Made by a program: the position numbers and the translations under genes. Shown here piece after piece: positions 42,596 to 51,660 of a stretch of 64,000 bases of DNA. A model generated the notes under the pieces. It saw only the letters and a program-made list of their open reading frames with translations, had not been told where the DNA came from and made no database searches. The DNA comes from an uncultured Faecalibacterium sp. (lineage in GTDB: Bacteria; Bacillota; Clostridia; Oscillospirales; Acutalibacteraceae): NCBI GenBank assembly GCA_964616655.1, contig CAZTSC010000012.1, forward strand, positions 211-64,210, written 5' to 3'. Within the stretch, counting starts at the first letter, position 1; each line of letters begins with the position of its first letter.

Positions 42596-43807
42596 TTAAG
42601 TTCGGTAATCTCCGTTGATTTTAACATAATCATATGTCAGATCGCAGCCCCAAGCTTTCGATGAAAATTCACCTGATTTAAGGTCAATTTTGATTTCAAT
42701 TTCATCTTCCAACAGAATTTCCTTTGCCTTTTCCTCGGAAAACTCTATTCCCGATCCGTTTTCACAGACATCTATTTCGCCTTTTTGTGATTTAAAGGAA
42801 ACATCTATCTTGTTGACATCGGTTTCTACTCCACTGTATCCGATAGCACAAAGAACTCTGCCCCAATTAGCATCTGCACCGAACATTGCCGCTTTTGTCA
42901 GTGATGAGCATATAACGCTTTTAGCGACTGTCTTTGCAATTTCGAGTGAAGATGCACCCTTGACACTACATTCAAGCATTTTTGTTGCACCCTCGCCGTC
43001 ACCTGCGATACATTTACATAAATAAACTGTGACCGTGTTCAAAGCTTTCATAAACTTCTCAAAGTCTTCACCGTCAGAGATAATTTTATTGTTTTCTGCC
43101 ATGCCGTTAGCTAAGACAGTAACCATGTCGTTTGTTGAAGTGTCACCGTCAACACTGACCATATTGAACGTATCTTTGATGTCGCTTGAAAGAGCCTTTT
43201 GGAGCATTTCTCCGCTTATTGCACAGTCGGTTGTAATGAAAACAAGCATAGTCGCCATGTTCGGGTGAATCATACCTGAACCTTTGGCAATTCCGCCTAT
43301 TTTACATTCCTTACCGCCGATATCAAAGCTCACCGCTATTTGTTTAAGCTTTGTATCTGTTGTCATAATGCCTTCTGCCGCTGCTTCGGAATCTAAGCCG
43401 AGTGATGTCTTGAGCTGCGGTATTCCGTCAGCTATCGGTGCTATGTCAAGAGGTTGACCTATGACACCTGTTGAAGCGACAATAACATCATTTTTATCTA
43501 TACTTAATTCTTCAGCTAAGATCTCGCTCATCTGTTCGGCAATTTCAATGCCGTTTGCGTTGCAAGTATTGGCATTGCCACTGTTGCAGATTATTGCCTG
43601 AGCTTTGCCGTTTGATAAGTGCTTTTTTGTGACGATAAGAGGCGCACCCTTGACAAGATTTGTTGTGTACACCGCAGCGGCATCTGCAATGCAATCGCTG
43701 TATATGAGGCTTAAGTCTTTTTTTGTTTTATTCTTGCGTATTCCGCAGTGAATACCGGAAGCCTTAAAACCCTTTGCGGCACAAACACCGCCGTTGATTA
43801 TTTTCAT
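42596..43807 (-). CDS. argJ: Bifunctional glutamate N-acetyltransferase / amino-acid acetyltransferase
   Basis: Autoprocessing site PNMATMLVF. Confidence 0.9.
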   Translation of the reverse strand: MKIINGGVCAAKGFKASGIHCGIRKNKTKKDLSLIYSDCIADAAAVYTTNLVKGAPLIVTKKHLSNGKAQAIICNSGNANTCNANGIEIAEQMSEILAEELSIDKNDVIVASTGVIGQPLDIAPIADGIPQLKTSLGLDSEAAAEGIMTTDTKLKQIAVSFDIGGKECKIGGIAKGSGMIHPNMATMLVFITTDCAISGEMLQKALSSDIKDTFNMVSVDGDTSTNDMVTVLANGMAENNKIISDGEDFEKFMKALNTVTVYLCKCIAGDGEGATKMLECSVKGASSLEIAKTVAKSVICSSLTKAAMFGADANWGRVLCAIGYSGVETDVNKIDVSFKSQKGEIDVCENGSGIEFSEEKAKEILLEDEIEIKIDLKSGEFSSKAWGCDLTYDYVKINGDYRT

Positions 43808-43825
43808 GTTTTTATCTCCTTAAAC

Positions 43826-44758
43826 TTATAAATTGAGTCCGAATGAGCTTTCCTTGCCTGTGACGATATTTAAACATTCAAGTGCGGCACCCGATGCCCC
43901 TTTGCCCAAATTGTCATATATTGCCGTGAGGATTATTCTTTCTTCATTGCCGTAAACACTTATCTTCATGCTGTCCTTACCTGAAAGTGTCGCCGCTGAT
44001 AAAAAGCCGTTTTCATCACAAAAATCGCAAAAAGAGATTATTTCTCCATTGTACTTAGAAGAATAAACAGACTTTATATCATATATGCTTGCTTTGTTTA
44101 AAAGCTGACTTTTAAACAGCGGAATAGTGACCTCCATACCACTGTAAAAATTTCCTACGATTGGGCTGAAAACAGGAGCGTTTTGAAGCCCCGTAACAGC
44201 TATCATTTCTTTCAAATGTTTATGTGTCTGACCGAGAGCATATTGTCTGCCGGCTGAAAGGAGTTCGCTTTTTGTTTCGCTTTCATATTCAGCTATCATT
44301 TTCTTTCCGCCACCGCTATATCCTGTTATTGAAAAGCAAGTAATGAGTTCGGAAGGGGATAGAATACCTGATTCGATCAGCGGATAAACAAGAGAGATAA
44401 ATCCGCTTGCATGACAGCCGGGAACGGCTATACGCTTGGAATTTATAATTTTTTCTTTATGTTTAGCCGAAAGCTCCGGAAAGCCGTAAGCCCAGCCGGA
44501 GTCAGTTCTGTGTGCGGTCGATGTATCAATAATGACCGTGTTAGGATTTTCTGTCATTGCCACCGCATCTTTTGCGGCATTATCCGGCAAGCAAAGGAAA
44601 ACTATGTCGGATTCATTCAAAGCCTGTTTTCTTGCTTGCGGATCTTTTCTCACTTCTTCAGGAAGAACAAGGAGTTCAATATCATCTCTTTGAGAGAGCC
44701 TGTCAAAAATACGAAGTCCCGTTGTGCCGGCACTGCCGTCAATAAATACTTTTTTCAT
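43826..44758 (-). CDS. argC: N-acetyl-gamma-glutamyl-phosphate reductase, short type
   Basis: ATG at 44758 (MKKVFIDG). The ORF-track position 44764 is a TTG. Catalytic Cys in PGCHASG. The 5' end overlaps the argH 3' end. Confidence 0.85.
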   Translation of the reverse strand: MKKVFIDGSAGTTGLRIFDRLSQRDDIELLVLPEEVRKDPQARKQALNESDIVFLCLPDNAAKDAVAMTENPNTVIIDTSTAHRTDSGWAYGFPELSAKHKEKIINSKRIAVPGCHASGFISLVYPLIESGILSPSELITCFSITGYSGGGKKMIAEYESETKSELLSAGRQYALGQTHKHLKEMIAVTGLQNAPVFSPIVGNFYSGMEVTIPLFKSQLLNKASIYDIKSVYSSKYNGEIISFCDFCDENGFLSAATLSGKDSMKISVYGNEERIILTAIYDNLGKGASGAALECLNIVTGKESSFGLNL

Positions 44759-46130
44759 TTTCAATATACTCCGTTACGAATTTTATCTGTTCTTCAACCG
44801 ATGAAACGCTTGTTCCGCCTTTGCTGATACGCTTTTCAGTGCAGACCTTAAGATCAATGTCGTGATAAACGTCATTTTCAAAAAGCTCACTAAAGTTTTT
44901 GTATTCATCAAGTGAAAGTGTTTCAAGAATTTTATCTTCTTTGATACATTTTGCAACAATTTGTCCGGAAATTTTATATGCACTTCTGAAAGGAAGTCCT
45001 TTTTTGACAAGGTAATCGGCAAGATCTGTTGCGTTTATAAAGCCGTGCTGTGCGGCTTTGAGCATATTGTCTGTTTTAGCTTTCATTGTTGATATCATTC
45101 CGGTGAAAACATCTAGGCACATACAGACAGTGTCGCAGGCATCAAAAACACTTTCTTTGTCCTCTTGCATATCTTTGTTATATGCTAAAGGTAAACCTTT
45201 GAGCGTTGTCAGCAAACCTAAAAGATCACCGTAGACTCTTCCGGTTTTTCCTCTAACAAGCTCAGCCATATCAGGATTCTTTTTCTGTGGCATTATAGAA
45301 GAACCTGTTGTGTACGAGTCAGACAGCTCAATGAATCCGAACTCCCAGCTCGACCATAAGATTATCTCTTCAGAAAAACGTGAGAGATGCATCATTAAAA
45401 TAGAGATAGCGCTCAAAAGCTCAACACAGAAATCTCTGTCTGAAACGCCGTCAATGCTGTTTAAACATACATTGTCAAATTCCAAAAGCTTTGCCTCATA
45501 ATCTCTGTCTGTGTCATATGTAGTTCCGGCAAGAGCGCAGCTTCCGATAGGGGAGATATTCATTCTCTTTTTGCAGTCATCAAGACGTTGAATGTCTCTT
45601 ATAAGCATCATTGCATATGCCATGAGATGATGGCCGAAAGTTATGGGCTGAGCCCTTTGCAGGTGAGTATAGCCCGGCATTATATCCGATTTATACTCAT
45701 CTGCTTTTTCTTTGACGGCGTTTATAAGATCAAATGTTTTAACTTTTATAATGTCACATTTATTTCTAAGGTACATACGGGTATCGAGAGCAACTTGGTC
45801 ATTACGGCTCCTTGCGGTGTGAAGTTTCTTTCCGACATCGCCAATACGCTGAGTCAAGACCTGTTCAATGAACATATGAATATCTTCACACTGAAGATCA
45901 AATTCAAGTTTGCCGCTGTTTAAGTCATTGAGTATATCTTCCAGACCGTCTATTAAAGCAGAAGCTTCATCATTTTTGATTATTCCTTTTGCTCCGAGCA
46001 TAGCTGCGTGTGCCATACTGCCTTTTATATCTTCACGATACATTCTCGAATCGAAGTGTATTGAAGAATTGAAATCATCGGCCAACTTGTTAAGTTCTCC
46101 GTCTGTTCTGCCTGCCCACATTTTACCCAT
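44739..46130 (-). CDS. argH: Argininosuccinate lyase
   Basis: Fumarate-lyase signature GSSIMPQKKNP. Confidence 0.95.
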   Translation of the reverse strand: MGKMWAGRTDGELNKLADDFNSSIHFDSRMYREDIKGSMAHAAMLGAKGIIKNDEASALIDGLEDILNDLNSGKLEFDLQCEDIHMFIEQVLTQRIGDVGKKLHTARSRNDQVALDTRMYLRNKCDIIKVKTFDLINAVKEKADEYKSDIMPGYTHLQRAQPITFGHHLMAYAMMLIRDIQRLDDCKKRMNISPIGSCALAGTTYDTDRDYEAKLLEFDNVCLNSIDGVSDRDFCVELLSAISILMMHLSRFSEEIILWSSWEFGFIELSDSYTTGSSIMPQKKNPDMAELVRGKTGRVYGDLLGLLTTLKGLPLAYNKDMQEDKESVFDACDTVCMCLDVFTGMISTMKAKTDNMLKAAQHGFINATDLADYLVKKGLPFRSAYKISGQIVAKCIKEDKILETLSLDEYKNFSELFENDVYHDIDLKVCTEKRISKGGTSVSSVEEQIKFVTEYIENEKSIY

Positions 46131-46139
46131 TTTTTCACC

Positions 46140-47369
46140 TTATTTCAAATTGTGTTTTGCTTTCATTTTTGCATAAACCTTAGTCGGAAGTCCGTAAAGA
46201 GAGATAAATCCGGCTGAATCTGCCTGGTTATAAACTTCATCTTCATCAAATGTTGCTATTTCGGGATCATAGAGTGAATACGGTGAAGTAACACCTGCAT
46301 TTATCATATTGCCTTTATAGAGCTTGAGTGTTACATCACCCGTGACTGTCTTTTGAGTTGTCTTGACAAACGAAAGGATAGCTTCGGTCAGCGGAGAGAA
46401 CCATTGAGCATTATAGACAAGCTCAGCGAGTTTTTGAGCAACAAGAGCTTTATAATGTGCAGTTTCCTTATCAAGACATATAGTTTCAAGTACGTTGTGT
46501 GCCTTATAGAGAATAGCTCCGCCCGGAGTTTCATAAACACCTCTTGATTTCATGCCGACCATACGGTTTTCAACGATATCGAGAAGTCCGATTCCGTTTT
46601 CACCGCCGAGCTTGTTAAGCGTTTCAACAAGCTCAACAGCACCCATTTCCTTATCGTTGACGGCTGTCGGAACGCCTTGTTCAAAGTGGAGTTTAACATA
46701 TGTCGGCTTGTCGGGAGCCATTTCCGGTGAAACGCCCATTTCAAGGAATCCGGGCTTGTTATATTGCGGTTCATTTGCAGGATCTTCAAGGTCAAGTCCC
46801 TCATGTGAAAGATGCCAGATATTCTTATCTTTTGAATAGTTTGTCTCTCTGTTTATTTTAAGGGGTACATTATGAGCCTCTGCATAGTCGATTTCCTCGT
46901 CACGGGACTTGATATCCCACTCACGCCAAGGAGCAATGATAGGCATATCGGGAGCAAAAGCTTTGATAGCGAGTTCAAAACGAACCTGATCGTTGCCTTT
47001 ACCTGTACAGCCGTGACAGATTGCATCGGCTCCCTCAGCTATTGCGATCTCAGCGATCTTTTTAGCTATAGGAGGACGGGCGAATGCAGTGCCGAGCATA
47101 TAGTCCTCATAAAGTGCGCCTGCCTGAACGCAGGGAAAAACATAATCTGTGAGAAATTCTTCTGTCAAATCTTCTATGTATATCTTAGAAGCACCGGTTT
47201 TGATTGCCTTTTCTTCAAGACCTTCAAGTTCTCCTGCCTGACCGACATTGCCGGAAACAGCTATTATTTCAGGGTTATTGTAATTCTCTTTTAACCAAGG
47301 GATAATGACTGAGGTGTCAAGACCGCCTGAATAAGCCAATACGATTTTTTTAATATCTTTCTTCTGCAT
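46140..47369 (-). CDS. argG: Argininosuccinate synthase
   Basis: The start at 47369 (MQKKDIKK) follows GGAGG. Motif AYSGGLDTS. Confidence 0.95.
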   Translation of the reverse strand: MQKKDIKKIVLAYSGGLDTSVIIPWLKENYNNPEIIAVSGNVGQAGELEGLEEKAIKTGASKIYIEDLTEEFLTDYVFPCVQAGALYEDYMLGTAFARPPIAKKIAEIAIAEGADAICHGCTGKGNDQVRFELAIKAFAPDMPIIAPWREWDIKSRDEEIDYAEAHNVPLKINRETNYSKDKNIWHLSHEGLDLEDPANEPQYNKPGFLEMGVSPEMAPDKPTYVKLHFEQGVPTAVNDKEMGAVELVETLNKLGGENGIGLLDIVENRMVGMKSRGVYETPGGAILYKAHNVLETICLDKETAHYKALVAQKLAELVYNAQWFSPLTEAILSFVKTTQKTVTGDVTLKLYKGNMINAGVTSPYSLYDPEIATFDEDEVYNQADSAGFISLYGLPTKVYAKMKAKHNLK

Positions 47370-47384
47370 AATAATTACCTCCAA

Positions 47385-47580
47385 ATGCATAATCTCTAAA
47401 ATTTATGCACTTATAATAACATATTCTGTATAAATATTCAAGCAAATTTGCGATAAAATTGCATTTAAATTCATTTTTGTTTAAAATGCAAAGCGATAGC
47501 GTATAATTGTTGTAAAAACTGTTAAAATTATACAGACATTTTGCATATTTTTACGCAATTATACATGAGTTTATGCAATA
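47385..47580 (-). promoter_or_regulatory. AT-rich control region of the arg operon with several ARG-box-like TGCAT/ATGCA palindromes
   Basis: On the minus strand: TTGCGTAAAAATATGCAA, TTGCATAAACTCATGTA, TGCATTTTAAACAAAAATGAATTTAAATGCAA and GTGCATAAATTTTAGAGATTATGCAT. Confidence 0.5.
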
Positions 47581-47621
47581 TATCCGATGCTCATTGACAT
47601 TGGGTACAGAAATATAAAAAT

Positions 47622-47647
47622 CAGCGGACAGATTTCTCTGTCCGCTG
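47622..47647 (-). terminator. Terminator of the GPH transporter gene
   Basis: cagcggacag-N6-ctgtccgctg, followed on the minus strand by atttttatatt. Confidence 0.8.
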
Positions 47648-47701
47648 AAATAATAAATTCGATATATTAACAAGATTTAAGAAATCACTGACTCGTACCT
47701 T

Positions 47702-49096
47702 TTATTCGGCTGATTTTTCTCTTTCCTCTCGGTTCTTTGTGACCTGTGCTGTAATATTTTCCATAAATTCACCGTGGAGTTTGAACTTTGTTGAGAACAC
47801 AATGAGTGAAGCTACAAAGAACAAAGCAGGAAGAATCAGCATCATAAGATTTATCGCACCCTTTACACTTGAAGCATCAACCTCGCCCGTAACAACCTTA
47901 GTGTAGTTTGTACCCAAGCCGGCGAAGAGAATAATGACCTGAATTGTGTATGCCATTTTTTGAAGGAAGCCTTTCATTGAGAAAGTGATTGATTCTGCTC
48001 TGTATCCGAGTTTGATTTCACCGTAGTCAACGATATCGGCAAGGAAAACGGTCTGTGAAACGAACATTGATCCCGTACCGATCGAACCGATAAGGTAAAA
48101 GACATCAAGCAGGATTACATTTTCGATGATCATGCCTGAAACAAACATTCCGGCATAGCTGACTATGGTAAGAATAAGCGAAGCTTGATATGCACGTCTG
48201 CGTGAAGTGTATTTCATCAATATCGGAAGAAGTAACAGACCTAAGGTTGCACCGACAGCACCCATTGCACTGAAAAGTGACTGCTTGGTTGTGTCACCGA
48301 TAACATACTTGAAATAGTAAGCCGCAACACCGGATATCATATAGTAGCCTGCATTTGACAGCATGGCAAAGAGCATGAACACAAGAAGCTGATCATTATT
48401 CTTTGCAATAGTGAAAACCTTTTTAAATGTGAACTTTTCAGCAGGTTTTATGACCTGAGTTTCTTTAACGTGTGTCATTGATATAACAGCGAAGAATATC
48501 AAACACAAGCCGCAGATGAGAGCAAGACGGCTGAAACCTTGTGCATCATATGGTTGACTTTCGGTGCTGGTTTTGCTCAAAAGAGGAAGAACTATAGGAG
48601 CACCAATGAGGATAATTCCCTGACCGAGACCGGAAAATGCTCTCGCAACTGTTGAAATGATGCTTCTTTTGCCGGGATCACTCGTGAAAGAGGGAACCAT
48701 TGACCAATATGGGATATCAGCCATAGTGTTAGTCATACCCCAACCGACATAGAGAACTGTTACAAGAATATAGAGAGGGATACCTCTAACACCCAAGTCG
48801 GTGAACAAGAAGAACAGAACGATCGCATTCGCACAAGCTCCAATTATAACCCATGGGCGATATTTTCCAAACTTAGTTTTTGTGTTGTCAACGATAGAAC
48901 CCATCATCGGATCGTTGATGCCGTCCCAAATTCTTGCAAGAGGTGCAAGAAGGAGAAGAAAACCGACCTTGACTTGGAGAATATCCGTCAGATAGATAGA
49001 CAGATATGAGTAAAACATACCGTAGCTGAGATCAAGACCGACAGCACCCAGACCATACCAGACACTAGAGCCTAATTCTTTAAGTTTTTCCTTCAT
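47702..49096 (-). CDS. MFS transporter, glycoside-pentoside-hexuronide:cation symporter family
   Basis: About 12 TM segments. DGINDPMMGSIVD is the typical GPH/MelB-family motif. Confidence 0.75.
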   Translation of the reverse strand: MKEKLKELGSSVWYGLGAVGLDLSYGMFYSYLSIYLTDILQVKVGFLLLLAPLARIWDGINDPMMGSIVDNTKTKFGKYRPWVIIGACANAIVLFFLFTDLGVRGIPLYILVTVLYVGWGMTNTMADIPYWSMVPSFTSDPGKRSIISTVARAFSGLGQGIILIGAPIVLPLLSKTSTESQPYDAQGFSRLALICGLCLIFFAVISMTHVKETQVIKPAEKFTFKKVFTIAKNNDQLLVFMLFAMLSNAGYYMISGVAAYYFKYVIGDTTKQSLFSAMGAVGATLGLLLLPILMKYTSRRRAYQASLILTIVSYAGMFVSGMIIENVILLDVFYLIGSIGTGSMFVSQTVFLADIVDYGEIKLGYRAESITFSMKGFLQKMAYTIQVIILFAGLGTNYTKVVTGEVDASSVKGAINLMMLILPALFFVASLIVFSTKFKLHGEFMENITAQVTKNREEREKSAE

Positions 49097-49156
49097 TGAA
49101 AAACCTCCTTAAACATTCTTTTCACTATCATACTAAAAAATCGTGGTTTCGTCAAC

Positions 49157-49681
49157 CTATTTTAAAAGACCTCTTTTTTCCACAGCTTTTATAAGCGGAA
49201 TGCCTAAGCCGACTGACGATATTAATTCTCCGATACCAACAAGAAACGATTGGATAAGAAAGCCCTTAAAAGTTACACCGTTTTCGCTCGGCAGGAAGAA
49301 TGTCAGCTCAAAACCGACAATAAAAGCATTGAAAATAACGGGCATAATAAGAGATAAAAGAGGCACTGACTTTATTCGGATATTTCTAAACTTATACATA
49401 AATATTCCGGCAAGAAGTGTTGCTATCGGGCCGAAAAGCAAATCAAGAGGCATGGCTCCTATGCTTGTCAGATTGGCGATTAAACAACCTATTGTTACAC
49501 CCGGTATAGCAGCAGGGGTTATTACGCATAACGCGCATAAAGCTTCCGAAATTCTTACCTGAACCGCAGCAGAAGCACTGTTTTGCAATAGAAGATTCTG
49601 CATGATGGTCAATACCGCATACATAGCAGCAATAACAGAAGCTACCGTCAAAAAGTAAGTACCTTTTTTAGAATTATTCAT
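49157..49681 (-). CDS. queT: QueT-family queuosine-precursor transporter (ECF S component)
   Basis: 174 aa, 5-6 TM segments. VQVRISEAL...GVTIGCLIANL resembles COG4708/QueT. Confidence 0.65.
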   Translation of the reverse strand: MNNSKKGTYFLTVASVIAAMYAVLTIMQNLLLQNSASAAVQVRISEALCALCVITPAAIPGVTIGCLIANLTSIGAMPLDLLFGPIATLLAGIFMYKFRNIRIKSVPLLSLIMPVIFNAFIVGFELTFFLPSENGVTFKGFLIQSFLVGIGELISSVGLGIPLIKAVEKRGLLK

Positions 49682-49854
49682 TTTTAATCCTCCATAGTTT
49701 TGATTTAGGTAACAAGGTTAAGACCATGGTTACGCAAGTCAGGATGGTCACGAACTGACTTTTATAGTTAACCGTAAATCGGTTAATTTTTATTTAACTC
49801 AATATAAGTTTTAGCTATTTTGAGTCAATGTTGAAATTTGCGATTTTATTCGGC

Positions 49855-49934
49855 GGCGGTTGATCGGCACCCCGTAAAGGGGTACACACTCAACCGCCGT
49901 GCCGCCACGTTGCCCCGGCACCCCGCCCGGGCAA
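49855..49934 (+). repeat. GC-rich composite hairpin repeat, copy C
   Basis: GGCGGTTGA-TCGGCAC-[CCCC-gtaaa-GGGG]-TACACAC-TCAACCGCC, then TTGCCCcGGC...GCCcGGGCAA. It ends directly at the stop codon of the DUF1846 gene. Confidence 0.75.
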
Positions 49935-51428
49935 TCACATATGATAAAGCTTTGCACTTTCATATTCGGCATCACTTGTTAAATTAATGCCTAATTTTTT
50001 GAGTATTCTTTCATCTTCGTTTGAGAGAATGGCCGTTGAATGCATCTCACAGCCTTTGAGCTTTCCAACTTGATTGAGAGCGTGTTGAGCCATTGGGTTT
50101 GTTGCGGCACAGATAGAAAGTGCCATAAGAACTTCAGTGACGGTAAGTCTGGGGTTTTCTCTGCCCAAAAGTTCAATTTTAAGTTTTTGCATAGGTTCTA
50201 TTATGATGGGGGAGATAAGCATTATTTCATCGTGGATCGAACCAAGCCTTTTAATTGCATTGAGCAAAGCGGCTGAGGCACAGTTAAGAAGTTCGCTTGT
50301 TTTGCCGGTCACGATTTCGCCACTTTCCAGCTCTATTGCCGCTGCAACTGTATCGGCTTTTTCGCTTTTTTTGCTTGCGGCAACAGTAACGGCTCTGTCA
50401 TTGACAGTTGTTTCAGCTTTTTCCATTAAAACTTCAATCTTTGATATTTCATCATCATTGTCTGCACCTTTGCGCTTTTTGCAAAGAGCAGCATAATATC
50501 TTCTGATTATCTCATCTTTAGCCGCACATTTGACGCTTTCATTGTCGGTTATGCAGTATCCTGCCATGTTGACACCCATATCTGTTGGTGATTTATAGGG
50601 ACATTCACCGAGTATCTGTGTAAATATCGCTTTGAGTACGGGAAAAATTTCAACGTCTCTGTTATAGTTTACGGTTTGTTCGTTATATGCCTCGAAATGG
50701 TACGGATCAATCATGTTTATATCATTGAGATCTGCGGTCGCCGCCTCATAAGCGAGATTTACCGGGTGATTAAGAGGAATGTTCCATATCGGGAAAGTCT
50801 CATATTTAGCATAGCCGGCATCAATACCTCTTTTATGCTCGTGATAAAGCTGAGAGAGGCAGACCGCCATTTTGCCGCTGCCGGGGCCGGGTGCGGTGAC
50901 AACGACTAAGGAACGATTGGTTTCAACATAGTCATTTTTTCCGAATCCGTCATCACTGACAATGTATGAGACCTTAGAGGGATATCCTTCAATTTTATAA
51001 TGCTTATATGTTTTAATACCCATCGCTTCAAGTTTTTTTATAAAGCTGACAGCTGATGGTTGACCTGCAAACTGTGTCAATACAACCGAGCCAACATAAA
51101 AACCGTAGCCCCTGAAAATGTCGATGAGTCTCAAAACGTCCATGTCATAAGTAATTCCGAGATCTCCTCTGAGCTTGTTTTTTTCTATGTCGCCTGCGTT
51201 TATAGCGAAAACAATTTCCGCTTGATCTTTCAGTTGTGTCAACATTCTCAATTTGCTGTCGGGTTCAAATCCGGGAAGAACTCTGGAAGCGTGAAGATCG
51301 TCAAAAAGCTTACCTCCAAATTCAAGATAGAGCTTTCCGCCGAACTTAGCTATCCTTTCCTTGATTTTCTCCGATTGCATTTTTAGGTATTTATCGTTAT
51401 CAAATCCAACTTTAACCATTTTAATCAC
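49935..51428 (-). CDS. DUF1846 (UPF0371) family protein
   Basis: ~495 aa. The N-terminus VGFDNDKYLKMQSEKIKERI...LYLEFGGKLFDD is typical of UPF0371. An alternative start lies at 51419. Confidence 0.6.
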   Translation of the reverse strand: MIKMVKVGFDNDKYLKMQSEKIKERIAKFGGKLYLEFGGKLFDDLHASRVLPGFEPDSKLRMLTQLKDQAEIVFAINAGDIEKNKLRGDLGITYDMDVLRLIDIFRGYGFYVGSVVLTQFAGQPSAVSFIKKLEAMGIKTYKHYKIEGYPSKVSYIVSDDGFGKNDYVETNRSLVVVTAPGPGSGKMAVCLSQLYHEHKRGIDAGYAKYETFPIWNIPLNHPVNLAYEAATADLNDINMIDPYHFEAYNEQTVNYNRDVEIFPVLKAIFTQILGECPYKSPTDMGVNMAGYCITDNESVKCAAKDEIIRRYYAALCKKRKGADNDDEISKIEVLMEKAETTVNDRAVTVAASKKSEKADTVAAAIELESGEIVTGKTSELLNCASAALLNAIKRLGSIHDEIMLISPIIIEPMQKLKIELLGRENPRLTVTEVLMALSICAATNPMAQHALNQVGKLKGCEMHSTAILSNEDERILKKLGINLTSDAEYESAKLYHM

Positions 51429-51602
51429 CCCTGCGTAGAATTAACCCGATAATTCTATCACATCATCTGTTTTTTTTCAATCCTTGACACGATTTTTTAT
51501 TAAATGTACAGGTTAAAAATTTGAAAAGGGGAAACCCATGCTCGCATTTAAATGCGTGAGAAAGAAATATAAATGAAATATCAGCAAAAATTTCAAATAA
51601 TA

Positions 51603-51631
51603 TTGAAATTAGGGAAGTGGATTGGTATAAT
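51603..51631 (+). promoter_or_regulatory. Promoter of the surface-protein gene
   Basis: TTGAAA (51603-51608), 17 nt, TATAAT (51626-51631), preceded by TG. Confidence 0.6.
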
Positions 51632-51660
51632 TTAGAAAAAAGGAAAAGGGGATAGCAATT

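Noticed and set aside
51543-51556. 14-bp perfect palindrome CGCATTTAAATGCG in the divergent promoter region between the DUF1846 gene and the surface-protein gene, read as an operator
   Set aside because: It is a single short AT-centred palindrome with no second copy and no nearby regulator. That is too weak to call, so it is only noted here.
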